Positions 35,510 to 44,235 of a stretch of 62,826 bases of DNA are shown here, in pieces. The notes below the pieces were generated by a model. That model was given only the letters and a program-made list of their open reading frames with translations, ran no database searches and was not told where the DNA came from. The stretch spans positions 1 to 62,826 of the forward strand of contig DASSNX010000112.1 in assembly GCA_035701185.1 (NCBI GenBank). Direction: 5' to 3'. A program made the position numbers and the translations under genes. Source of the DNA: Candidatus Limnocylindria bacterium (GTDB taxonomy: Bacteria; Chloroflexota; Limnocylindria; QHBO01). How positions within the stretch are numbered: the first letter of the stretch is position 1; each line of letters opens with the position of its first letter.

Positions 35510-36466
35510 TCACGCGACGGCGGTGGCGGGACCCAGGATCGCGTCACGCACCCACTGCGTGGCGTCGCGGGCGTCGCGGCGGAACTGCAGGCGCTCCTGT
35601 GACTTCGGCCCGTGGCCGGTCACCACCGAGCGCAGCTCGTTCCAGTCCGGCTCGGTGTAGTGCCAGCGACCCTCGGCCTCGTCGTAGCGCAGCTCCGGAT
35701 CGGGCACCGTCAGACCAAGCTCCCAGATCCGTGGGACGTAGATCGACAGGAACTCCTGGCGCAGCTGCTCGTTCCCCTTGGCCTTGATCTTCCAGATCAG
35801 GTCCCGGTCGGTGGCCGGGTCGGTGGGCGGGCCGTGCATCTGCATCAGGGGGCCCCACCAGCGGTTCAGCGCGTCCTGCACCAGCACGCGCTGCGCATCG
35901 GTCCCGTTCATCATCGTCAGGACGACGTCACGTCCGTGCATGATGTGCACGGACTCCTCCCAGCAGATCTTCTTCATCGTGCGGGCGTACGGCGCGTACG
36001 ACGAGTCGCGCAGCGCCTGCTGGCTGACGATCGCTGCCGCATCCACCAGCCAGGCGATGATGCCGACGTCCGCCCACGATTCGGTCGGGTAGTGGAAGAC
36101 GTTATGAAACTTCGTCTTGCCGGCCAGCAGATCGGCCAGCATCTGCTCCCGCGGCTTACCGAGGTCCTCGGCCACGCGGTACAGCAGCTGGGCGTGCCCC
36201 ACCTCGTCCTGGACCTTGCTGGTGAGCGCCAGCTTGCGGCGCAGCGTCGGCGCGCGGAGGATCCATTCCCGCTCGGGCAGCACGCCCATCAGCTCGCTGT
36301 TGGCGTGCATCTCCACGAACTTGAGGACCGCGGCCCGATAGTCGTCGGGCATCCAGTCATCGGCCTCCACCTTGCCGCCACCCATCACGTGGGCGTAGAA
36401 GGCATCGGCCTGGGCTGAATCCATCCCCTGTTCCATGCCAAGAGGGTACCGCATCACCGATGCCAC
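35510..36466 (-). CDS. paaA: 1,2-phenylacetyl-CoA epoxidase catalytic subunit PaaA-like (di-iron)
   Basis: DWMPDDYR, HANSELMGVLPEREWILRAPTLRRKLALTSKVQDEVGHAQLLY, WEESVHIMHG. The start is ambiguous (GTG 36466, or ATG 36454, 36436 or 36424). Confidence 0.88.
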   Translation of the reverse strand: MASVMRYPLGMEQGMDSAQADAFYAHVMGGGKVEADDWMPDDYRAAVLKFVEMHANSELMGVLPEREWILRAPTLRRKLALTSKVQDEVGHAQLLYRVAEDLGKPREQMLADLLAGKTKFHNVFHYPTESWADVGIIAWLVDAAAIVSQQALRDSSYAPYARTMKKICWEESVHIMHGRDVVLTMMNGTDAQRVLVQDALNRWWGPLMQMHGPPTDPATDRDLIWKIKAKGNEQLRQEFLSIYVPRIWELGLTVPDPELRYDEAEGRWHYTEPDWNELRSVVTGHGPKSQERLQFRRDARDATQWVRDAILGPATAVA

Positions 36467-36484
36467 CGAGCCTCTGGCGGCGGC

Positions 36485-36910
36485 TCAGCCCGACGGCGTG
36501 TAACGCGCGACCTGCTCGGCAGTCGGCTCGGGAATCGGGTGGAGCTCCAGCGTGGTCGGCAGGTTCATGTCCTCCAGCATGCCGTCCAGGTCGGTGGCGC
36601 CGGCGTACTTCGTCATGAGCGCCTTCGAGCAGGCCTCCACCCGCTCGGGGTCGGTGGCCGCCTCCAGCGCGAACTCCAGCCGCTGCCCGTCGACCAGCAG
36701 CGCCACCGAGGGCGCGGCCGTTGCCTCGCGGAACCAGCGGCTGCCCGGGCCGCGGAAGGCACGAATGAACGCCCGATCCTGGGGGTCGACGACGACCCAG
36801 ATCGTGGTCCGGTGCGGCGGCACGTCTGGCGCGGGCCGCGTCTCGATGTCGACCTCGCGCGTCTCGCGCAGCAGGCCCAACACGTCGCCGGGGAGGCCCT
36901 GGTCAGTCAT
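36485..36910 (-). CDS. DUF2255-like protein
   Basis: 141 aa. EVDIETR......HRTTIWVVVD...AFIRAFRG..SRWFREA resembles DUF2255 (from memory). Confidence 0.5.
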   Translation of the reverse strand: MTDQGLPGDVLGLLRETREVDIETRPAPDVPPHRTTIWVVVDPQDRAFIRAFRGPGSRWFREATAAPSVALLVDGQRLEFALEAATDPERVEACSKALMTKYAGATDLDGMLEDMNLPTTLELHPIPEPTAEQVARYTPSG

Positions 36911-37154
36911 GCGGCGCTCGCTTCAGGGGCCGGTGCCAGGCCGTGTAGGCATCGCGCGCGGACAGCTGGACCGTCGGGGTGCCGGACTCGTCCAGGGTGA
37001 CCTCGCTGCGCGGCACGTAGAGATCGACGGGCAGGAGGCCGGTGGTGCGCACCAGCAGGTAGTCCGCGAAGACGGCGTCCACGGTGCCGATGCGCCGCCG
37101 TCCAGGGCCGCGCAGCGCCTGGCCGCGGCGGATGGTTGGGGCGTCGCTGCTCAT
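36903..37154 (-). CDS. small hypothetical protein (PRC-barrel/DUF2171-like)
   Basis: 83 aa. RIGTVDAVFADYLLVRT.....DLYVPRSEV. Overlaps the next gene start by 8 nt. Confidence 0.4.
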   Translation of the reverse strand: MSSDAPTIRRGQALRGPGRRRIGTVDAVFADYLLVRTTGLLPVDLYVPRSEVTLDESGTPTVQLSARDAYTAWHRPLKRAPHD

Positions 37155-37164
37155 CGGCTACACC

Positions 37165-38097
37165 CTAGTCGACGGCGGCAACCTGCAGCGCCGCCGGCCT
37201 GACGCGGATCTCGACCGGCAGCTCGCCCAGCGGCTCGCCATCCAGGTGTACCCGTGTCTGCGGTGGCCCGTCGATCCGCAGCTCCAGCACCCGCGCGATC
37301 TCCACCAGCCGATGGTTGACGTGCGCGCCCCGATAGATCCCGGGCAGCTCCTTCACCGCGCCCAGCCGCGAGATGTCGCCCACCAGGCAGACGTCCAGCA
37401 ACCCGTCGCGGTTCGACGCTTCCGGCGAGATCTTCATGCCGCCGCCGTAGTACGGGCCGTTGGCGAAGGCGATGAACAGGAAGCGCCCCTCGAGATGGCG
37501 GGCGCCGTCCGGCGTGGCCAGCCGCACGCTCAGCTCGCGGTTGCGGTAGCGCCACAGCTCGGTGAGCGTGGTGACGAAGTAGCCCGCCCGGCCGCGCTGC
37601 CAGCCGCGCCGCTTGCCGGCCATGGCGAAGGCGACCTGCGCGTCGAAGCCAGTGCCGCCAGCAGCGTGGAAGTGGCGGACCTGGCCGTCGCAGGTGGCCA
37701 CGCCGAGGTCGAGCGGCCGCGTCCGTTCGCCAAGCGCCAGCGGCAGGGCGTCCAGTGGGGCGAGCGGCAAACCGAGGCTCCGCGCCAGGTCGTTGCCACT
37801 CCCCGCCGGGACGACGCCGAGCACGGGCGGCGGGACGCCAGGCGCGACGCCATCCATCAACCCGTTGATGATCTCGTTCACCGTCCCGTCGCCGCCCACC
37901 GCGATGACCCGGTCGTGGCCGAGATCCGCCGCTGCCGCCGCCAGTCGCTCCCCGTGGCCCGGTTCGCGGGTCTCGAGCACCGTGGCCTGGATGTCGGTCC
38001 CGCGCAGCGCGGCGCGGATCCGTGGCTCCAGCTCGTGGGCGCGGCCCATCCCCGCCGCGGGGTTGACGATGACCAGCGGAGCTCGGGGAGAAGCCAC
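37165..38097 (-). CDS. diacylglycerol/lipid kinase family protein (YegS/BmrU-like)
   Basis: LVIVNPAAG and VIAVGGDGTVNEIINGL. Confidence 0.8.
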   Translation of the reverse strand: MASPRAPLVIVNPAAGMGRAHELEPRIRAALRGTDIQATVLETREPGHGERLAAAAADLGHDRVIAVGGDGTVNEIINGLMDGVAPGVPPPVLGVVPAGSGNDLARSLGLPLAPLDALPLALGERTRPLDLGVATCDGQVRHFHAAGGTGFDAQVAFAMAGKRRGWQRGRAGYFVTTLTELWRYRNRELSVRLATPDGARHLEGRFLFIAFANGPYYGGGMKISPEASNRDGLLDVCLVGDISRLGAVKELPGIYRGAHVNHRLVEIARVLELRIDGPPQTRVHLDGEPLGELPVEIRVRPAALQVAAVD

Positions 38098-38127
38098 GTG
38101 CGCGATTCTGCGCGACGCGTCAACCGC

Positions 38128-39672
38128 TCAGCCGACCGAAACCTCGATCGTGTGGTGGCCCCGCGCTCCGTCGGGCGCCGGCTTCGTGATCTGGTCCGTC
38201 TGAACGGCCCCGGTGCCATCGGTGGCGCGCACCGCCAGCGTGTGGTTGCCCGGCGTGGCGTCCCAGCGATAGAGCCACTGAACCCACGTTGCGTCGGAGA
38301 TCGGCGCGGAGAGCTCGGCGGCGTTCCAGGCGCCGCCGTCGACCTGCACCTCGACCCGCTGGATGCCGCGGTCCGGCGCCCAGGCGACGCCCGCTACCGG
38401 CTGCATGCCGGTGCCCAGGTTGGCCCCGGAACGCGGGACGTCGATCCGCGACTGGGTGAGGATCGGCGCCTCCTTGGCCCAGCCCAGCGGCACCCAGTAG
38501 GCATCGAAGGCTTCGAGCGTGGTGAGGCGGATGTGGGTCAGCCACTTGGTGGCCGATACGTAGCCGTACAGGCCGGGCACGATCAGCCGCGCCGGAAACC
38601 CGTGCTCTGGCGGCAGCGGCTGGCCGTTCATGGCCACCGCAACCATCGCCTGCCGATCGGGCGCGTCCAGCCAGGCGGTCGGGAAGCCAGCGGTCCAGCC
38701 GTCGAATGACTCCCCCACCACCTGCGTCGCTCCCGGCTGCACGCCGGCGCGGTCGAGCAGCTTGCGCAGGTGCACGCCGCGCCACAGGGCATTGCCGACC
38801 AGATTGCCGCCGACCTCGTTGCTCACGCAGGCGATGGTCACGTACTGCTCGAACATGGGCATCGCCAGCAGCTGCGTGTAGTTGAGCGTGAAGGGCCGGT
38901 CGACCATCCCCTCCACTGACAGTGTCCAGCTGCCGGCATCCAGGCGCGGCACGAGCAGGCTGGTGTCGATCCGGTAGAAGTCGTCGTTCGGCACCACCAG
39001 CGGCGTGATGCCGTCCACGTTCAGCTCGGCGCCCTTGGGCAGTGGCGCCGCGGTCTCGACCGGCTTCGGCAGCGGCGGGACGTCGGCGGCGGCCGTCGCG
39101 CGCCGTTCGAGCAGCACCCGACCGATGGCGCCTGAGGTGGCTGCCGCTCCGGCCAGCGCGACCGTGGTCCCCAGGAAGCGGCGGCGGTCGAAGTCGAGCA
39201 TGCGCGGCGACCGCTGCTCGCGCGGGGCAGCCAGCCGCAGGAGTAACGGCAGCAGCCAGACCGAAAGGGCGGTGGCCAGCACCGCGGCCACGACCGCCAG
39301 CAGCGGGTCGAACAGCGCGTCGCGGATGGCGGCAAACAAGGTCAGCGCGCCGAGCGCCACGAAGCCGGCCCGCCCCCAGCCGGGGCGCGCCCGTTCCAGC
39401 AGCCCCAGCAGTGCCGACAGCACCAGCGCGCCAATGGCGACGGCCACGCTCAACACGACCTTGTCGCTGGTGTTGAACAGGTCGACCACGAACTGCTTGG
39501 CGCCAGGTGGCTGCAGGCTGATCAGCAGGGCGCCGATGGACAGCACTGGCGAGGGTGCCCCCGGGATGACGCCGGCCAGCAGCTCGGCGACGCCCAGGCC
39601 GAGGCCACCGGCCACCAGCCCGGCGGCCGCGGCGGCCAGGCGGGAGGGCGATCTGGGATTCATCGGCTCCAT
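38128..39672 (-). CDS. molybdopterin-dependent oxidoreductase (sulfite-oxidase fold) with N-terminal polytopic membrane domain
   Basis: Trimmed to the ATG at 39672 (alternative 39663). TM helices are followed by FTLNYTQLLAMP, ACVSNEVGG, NGQPLPPEHGFPARLIVPGLYGYVSATKW, and then an Ig-like C-terminal domain. Confidence 0.8.
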   Translation of the reverse strand: MEPMNPRSPSRLAAAAAGLVAGGLGLGVAELLAGVIPGAPSPVLSIGALLISLQPPGAKQFVVDLFNTSDKVVLSVAVAIGALVLSALLGLLERARPGWGRAGFVALGALTLFAAIRDALFDPLLAVVAAVLATALSVWLLPLLLRLAAPREQRSPRMLDFDRRRFLGTTVALAGAAATSGAIGRVLLERRATAAADVPPLPKPVETAAPLPKGAELNVDGITPLVVPNDDFYRIDTSLLVPRLDAGSWTLSVEGMVDRPFTLNYTQLLAMPMFEQYVTIACVSNEVGGNLVGNALWRGVHLRKLLDRAGVQPGATQVVGESFDGWTAGFPTAWLDAPDRQAMVAVAMNGQPLPPEHGFPARLIVPGLYGYVSATKWLTHIRLTTLEAFDAYWVPLGWAKEAPILTQSRIDVPRSGANLGTGMQPVAGVAWAPDRGIQRVEVQVDGGAWNAAELSAPISDATWVQWLYRWDATPGNHTLAVRATDGTGAVQTDQITKPAPDGARGHHTIEVSVG

Positions 39673-39688
39673 AGTCAACGAGGATTGT

Positions 39689-40282
39689 GTGACGGCCGTG
39701 TGTCCGTCGTACGAAGCGTGGCGCACGGCGTACGCTTCGGCCGTGTCCGCCCCGCTCGTGCTCCTGGCGCCCGGCGCCTCGGGCAATCCGGCCAGCGTCA
39801 AGCCGTACGTCGCCGCGCTTGCCGCGGATTCGTTGGAGGCGCGAGTCATCGCCCTGCCGAAGGGCAAGGCCGAAACCGCCGTGGCGACGTACCGCGCCGA
39901 GCTCGGTGAAGCGCGGACCGCGATCATCGGCGGGCAGTCGTTCGGCGGGCGGGTGGCATCGCTGCTGGCCGCGGAGGAGCCACGGGTCGCCGGCCTGATC
40001 CTGCTGTGCTACCCACTGCACCCGCCGGGGCGTGCCGAGCGGTGGCGGGAGCGCACCGCGCACTGGCCACGGATCACCTGCCCCGTCCTGCTCCTATCGG
40101 GGGACCGCGACCCGTTCGCCCGCATCGGCCTGCTGCAGGAGGCCGTGAAGCTGCTGCCCCACGCGGAGCTGCACGTTTACCCCGGCGTTGGGCACGGCCT
40201 GCGACCCGTCCTGGCGGACGCGTTGGAGCGGGTGCGCAGGCATGTGCAGGCGCTCGCTCAGCCCGTAGACTCTGGGCAGTGA
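39689..40282 (+). CDS. alpha/beta hydrolase (COG3571/KANL3-Tex30-like)
   Basis: Only the 3' third of track ORF 39005..40282 looks protein-like: LVLLAPGASG, IIGGQSFGGRVAS (nucleophile elbow), LLLSGDRDPF, GHGL. GTG start at 39689 (alternative 39698). The stop overlaps the next GTG (GTGA). Confidence 0.65.
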   Translation: MTAVCPSYEAWRTAYASAVSAPLVLLAPGASGNPASVKPYVAALAADSLEARVIALPKGKAETAVATYRAELGEARTAIIGGQSFGGRVASLLAAEEPRVAGLILLCYPLHPPGRAERWRERTAHWPRITCPVLLLSGDRDPFARIGLLQEAVKLLPHAELHVYPGVGHGLRPVLADALERVRRHVQALAQPVDSGQ

Positions 40283-43200
40283 CCACGGCGGTTGGCGCGT
40301 GCCCGGCGTGCGGCACGGAGATCGGGTCTGGCCAGCGGTTCTGCCGGCAGTGCGGAACCGCGCTGTCGAGTGACGCCCCCACCGAGTTCTCGCGCACCGC
40401 CACCATCGTCACCTCTGACCTGCAGGGCTCCACCGCCCTCGGCGAGCGCCTCGACCCCGAATCGCTGCGCGAGGTGATGACGACCTACATCGACGAGATG
40501 CGCGCCGTCTTCGAGCGGCATGGCGGCACGATCGAGAAGATCATCGGCGACGCGATCGTCGCCGTCTTCGGCCTGCCTACCCCGTCGGATGACGACGCCA
40601 TCCGGGCCGTCGAGGCGGCCGCCGAGTCACAACGGGCGCTGACGAGCCTAAACGAGCAGCTCGAGGGCCGGTGGGGCGTGCGCCTGGTGGTGCGCACCGG
40701 CGTCGCCACCGGCGAGGTCATCGTGGGCGAGGCGAGCGCCGGCCAGCACGTCCTGACCGGGCCGACCCTGACGGTGGCGACAGCCATGGAGCAGAACTCG
40801 CCGGCCCACGAGGTCCTGCTGGCGGAGTCGACCTACGACGCCGTACGCGACGTGGTGGAGGCGGAGCCGATGGCCCCCGTCACGCCGAAGGGCACCACGC
40901 TCTCCATTCCGTCCTATCGCCTCGTCGCGGTTGCGGAGCGCGACACCGCCGAGGCGAGTGCCGACGCACCGGGTCGCGTCTGCCCGACCTGTGGCTCCGA
41001 CAACGCCGAGGGCGACCGCTTCTGCGTCAACTGCGGAACGGAGCAGCGCGAGCGGCGCGCCCACCGCGAGACGCGCAAGACGGTCACGGTCATCTTCGCC
41101 GACCCCAAGCCCTCGACCGCTGACGGCTCCCCGCTGGACCCTGCCGCCCTGCGCGACGTCATGTCGCGCTACTTCGCCGGCATGCAGCGCGCCCTGGAGG
41201 GCCACGGGGCGACCGTCGAGAAGTTCATCGGCGACGCGGTGATGGCGGTCTTCGGCCTGCCGATTCGACACGAGGATGATGCCCTGCGCGCCGTCCGCGC
41301 CGCGCGCGATATGCAGGAGGCGCTGCCGGCCCTGAATGCCGCATTCGAGGCGGAGCACGGCATCACGCTGGCGAACCACATCGGCGTCAACACCGGGGAG
41401 GTGGTGGCCGGTGACGCGAGCCTGGGCCAGCGGCTGGTGACGGGCGACACGGTGAACGTTGCCGCCCGGCTGGAGCAGGCGGCCGGCTCGCGGGAGATCC
41501 TGCTCGGCCCGCTGACCTATCGGCTGGTGCGCGAGGCGGTCGAGGTGGACGCGGTAGAGCCGCTCACCCTGAAGGGCAAGGCCGAGCCCGTGCCGGCCTA
41601 CCGGCTCATCTCGGTCAGGGCCACCACCGCCGCGGTTCAGCGACGCGCCGAGACACCGATGGTTGGCCGCGAGCGGGAGATGGACGGGCTGCGCGGGATG
41701 CTGGCCCGCGCCGTCGGTGCCCGGGCTTGCCGGCTGGCGACGGTGGTCGGCGATGCGGGCGTCGGCAAGACGCGGTTGGTCAGCGAGTTCACTTCGGTCA
41801 GCGCCGATGAGGCGCGGGTGATCCGGGGCCGATGCCTCCCGTATGGCGACGGCATCACCTTCTGGCCGATCCGCGAGCTCGTCCGTGACGCCTGCGGCGC
41901 CCTGCCCGATGATCCCGCCGACGTCGTCGACACCAAGCTGCGCGCCACGATCGCCGATGCGGACGTGGCCGACCGCCTGGCGTCGATCATCGGCGTCTCT
42001 GATGCTGCCTACCCCGTCCCGGAGCTGTTCTGGGGCACCCGCCGCTTTTTGGAGCTGATGGGCGGCGATCAGCCGATCCTGGCGATCATCGACGACATCC
42101 ACTGGGGCGAGTCGACGTTCCTTGACCTCATCGACCACCTGGTGCAGAACATCGCCGACGCGCCGGTCCTGCTGCTGTGCACCAGCCGCCGCGAGCTCGT
42201 CGATCGGCTGCCGGACTGGGGTGTCTCGGAGAACGCGATTCGGCTGCTGCTGGAGCCGCTGAGCGACGAGGACGCGGGGCGCGTCGTGGAAAGCCTGCTC
42301 GGCGGCACCGGCCTGGACGCCGCGGTCAAGGGACGGATCCTGCAGGCCGCGGCCGGCAACCCGCTGTTCGTCGAGCAGCTGCTGTCGATGCTCATCGACG
42401 AGGGCACGCTGCGCAGGGATGGCGACCGCTGGGTCCAGGTCGCCGGCGCCCAGGCCCTCAACGTGCCACCCACCATCCAGGCGCTGCTCGCCGCCCGTCT
42501 CGACCTGCTGGATGCCGATGAGCGCGACGTGATCGAGCCAGCCTCGGTCATCGGCCAGAACTTCGCCGTGGCGGCGGTGACCGAGCTGGTGGCCGACACG
42601 CTGCAGCCGGCGGTCCCGCAGCACCTGGGGACCATGACCAGCAAGCAGCTGGTTCAGCCGAACGCGAACACCACCGAGGACGAGGCCGGCTACCGCTTCC
42701 ACCACCTCCTCGTCCGCGACGCCGCGTACGGCGGCCTGCTCAAGCGAGAGCGCGCCGTCCTCCACGAGCGGTTCGTCGGCTGGGCCGAGGCCTTCAACGC
42801 CAGCCATGGCGTCGACAACCGCGACTTCGAGGAGATCCATGGCTATCACCTCGAGCAGGCGTACCGCTACCTCAGCGAGCTGGGAACGGTGGATGCTCAT
42901 GCACTGGCCCTGGGCGTGCGCGGCTCGGCCAAGCTGGAATCCGCCGCGCGCCGGGCGATGACCCGAGGCGATACCCCGGCCGCCGCCAGCCTCTTCCGGC
43001 GCGCGGTGGACCTCCTGCCACCGGACAGCCTGGAGCGCGGCAAGCTCCTGCCGCGCCTGGCCGAGGCGCTCACCGAGCTCGGCTCCTTCGACGACGCGCG
43101 GCAGGTGCTGGAGGAGGCACGGTTGATCGCCGAAGCGCACGAGGACCTGCGGCTGGCCTCGGATGCGAAGCTGGTCGGGCTGCTGATCGACATGCTGACC

Positions 43201-44163
43201 AGCGACCTGGCCGACTGGGCCGACGTGGCGAGCAAGCAGATCGAGCAGGCGATCCCGATCTTCGAGGCCGCCGACGACCACGTCGGCCTGGCCCACGCCT
43301 ACCGCATGCTGACCTACCTGCACGGCACGCCGGGCCGCTATGGCCAGGCGGCCGAGGCCGCCGAGTCGGTGATCGACCATGCGCAGGCCGCCGCCGACCG
43401 CCGGCTCGAGGCCCGCGGGATCATCGGCTACGTCCAGGCCGCCGCCCTGGGCCCGACGCCGGTGGACGAGGCGATCGCGACCTGCGAGGAGCTTCTCGGC
43501 CGGACGCAGGGCGATCGACGCGCAGAGGCCCTCATCAAGCTGGCCCTGGCCCAGCTGCGGGCCATGCTCGGCGACTTCGAGGTGGCACGGAACCTGTACC
43601 GGCAGGCGCACGCCATGCTGGCCGACATCGGGCCCGGCGTCCTCACCTCCTCGACCTCGGTGGATGCCGCTCCCGTCGAGATGCTGGCCGGCGACCCGGT
43701 CGAGGCCGAGCGCCTGCTGCGGGCCGATGCCGCCGCGCTCGAAGGCATGGGCGAGCAGTACGTGCGATCCACCGTCCTGGGGCTGCTGGCGCGGGCGCTC
43801 TACGAGCAGGGTCGGACTGACGAGGCGCTGCAGGTCGCCGAGCAGGTGCGGGACCTGGCCGCCGATGATGACGTCGACGTCCAGGTCGCCTGGCGGCTGG
43901 TCCATGCCCGGTGCATCGCCGCGGCGGCGCCGGACGAGGCGCTGGCCGAGGTCGAGCAGGCCGTGGCGCTCAGCCGGGAGGCCGATAACCCGCGGCTGCG
44001 GGGCAGCGCCCAATCGGGCCTCGGCGACGTGCTGGAGGCCGTCGGCCGCCGGGAGGAGGCGGTGACGGCCTGGACGCGTGCGGCCGAGCTGTTCGAGGGG
44101 AAGGGCGACCTCGTCTCGGCGGAGCGCCTCCGGGCGAAAACGGAAGAGGCGCGGGTCCCGTAG
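40279..44163 (+). CDS. multidomain signalling protein: zinc-ribbon + class III nucleotidyl cyclase domain (x2), AAA/STAND ATPase, C-terminal TPR-like array
   Basis: Track ORF 40006..44163 trimmed to the GTG at 40279. CPACG..CRQCG then TSDLQGST..KIIGDAIVAVFG. CPTCG..CVNCG then VIFAD..KFIGDAVMAVFG..GDTVNVAARLEQ. Walker A GDAGVGKT (41749-41772), IIDDIHW, and ~600 aa of helical repeats. Confidence 0.85.
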   Translation: MTTAVGACPACGTEIGSGQRFCRQCGTALSSDAPTEFSRTATIVTSDLQGSTALGERLDPESLREVMTTYIDEMRAVFERHGGTIEKIIGDAIVAVFGLPTPSDDDAIRAVEAAAESQRALTSLNEQLEGRWGVRLVVRTGVATGEVIVGEASAGQHVLTGPTLTVATAMEQNSPAHEVLLAESTYDAVRDVVEAEPMAPVTPKGTTLSIPSYRLVAVAERDTAEASADAPGRVCPTCGSDNAEGDRFCVNCGTEQRERRAHRETRKTVTVIFADPKPSTADGSPLDPAALRDVMSRYFAGMQRALEGHGATVEKFIGDAVMAVFGLPIRHEDDALRAVRAARDMQEALPALNAAFEAEHGITLANHIGVNTGEVVAGDASLGQRLVTGDTVNVAARLEQAAGSREILLGPLTYRLVREAVEVDAVEPLTLKGKAEPVPAYRLISVRATTAAVQRRAETPMVGREREMDGLRGMLARAVGARACRLATVVGDAGVGKTRLVSEFTSVSADEARVIRGRCLPYGDGITFWPIRELVRDACGALPDDPADVVDTKLRATIADADVADRLASIIGVSDAAYPVPELFWGTRRFLELMGGDQPILAIIDDIHWGESTFLDLIDHLVQNIADAPVLLLCTSRRELVDRLPDWGVSENAIRLLLEPLSDEDAGRVVESLLGGTGLDAAVKGRILQAAAGNPLFVEQLLSMLIDEGTLRRDGDRWVQVAGAQALNVPPTIQALLAARLDLLDADERDVIEPASVIGQNFAVAAVTELVADTLQPAVPQHLGTMTSKQLVQPNANTTEDEAGYRFHHLLVRDAAYGGLLKRERAVLHERFVGWAEAFNASHGVDNRDFEEIHGYHLEQAYRYLSELGTVDAHALALGVRGSAKLESAARRAMTRGDTPAAASLFRRAVDLLPPDSLERGKLLPRLAEALTELGSFDDARQVLEEARLIAEAHEDLRLASDAKLVGLLIDMLTSDLADWADVASKQIEQAIPIFEAADDHVGLAHAYRMLTYLHGTPGRYGQAAEAAESVIDHAQAAADRRLEARGIIGYVQAAALGPTPVDEAIATCEELLGRTQGDRRAEALIKLALAQLRAMLGDFEVARNLYRQAHAMLADIGPGVLTSSTSVDAAPVEMLAGDPVEAERLLRADAAALEGMGEQYVRSTVLGLLARALYEQGRTDEALQVAEQVRDLAADDDVDVQVAWRLVHARCIAAAAPDEALAEVEQAVALSREADNPRLRGSAQSGLGDVLEAVGRREEAVTAWTRAAELFEGKGDLVSAERLRAKTEEARVP

Positions 44164-44235
44164 GACGCCGCGCCCCTTCGTGAGGTCGACGGGTTGAGGC
44201 CCTAGATCCCCCGCATCGGGCCGTTTTCGTCGATG
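44139..44235. repeat. copy 1 of a duplicated ~100-nt block (3' end of secreted gene + terminator + last codons of the cyclase gene)
   Basis: A 21-nt exact core aacggaagaggcgcgggtccc lies at 44139-44159 and again at 45354-45374. The 24 nt from the stop codon (44202-44225, ctagatcccccgcatcgggccgtt) match 45422-45445 at 22/24 positions. Confidence 0.8.
44143..44179. terminator. GC-rich hairpin shared by the convergent cyclase gene and secreted paralog A (overlaps the cyclase stop codon)
   Basis: GAAGAGGCGCGGGTCC-CGTA-GGACGCCGCGCCCCTTC forms an imperfect ~15-bp stem. On the minus strand it is followed by CGUUUUC. Confidence 0.5.

Noticed and set aside
35277-35513. A 78-codon ORF in the paaA-paaB spacer, considered as a real gene.
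   Set aside because: I do not call it as a CDS. Its share of codons ending in G/C (56 of 78 by my count) is lower than in the real gene I sampled. The product has no hydrophobic core or motif. It is kept only as a question under findings.
40648-44013. A 1121-aa ORF antisense to the cyclase/STAND gene. Similar very long antisense or off-frame ORFs occur at 16190..18100, 19990..22515, 22503..24338, 26450..28168, 28244..30034, 58052..59893, 9320..10486 and 10531..11622.
   Set aside because: They mirror genes with unmistakable protein motifs on the other strand. Their products are Arg/Gly/Ala/Pro/His-rich with no recognisable domains. Stop-poor antisense frames are expected at about 70% GC.
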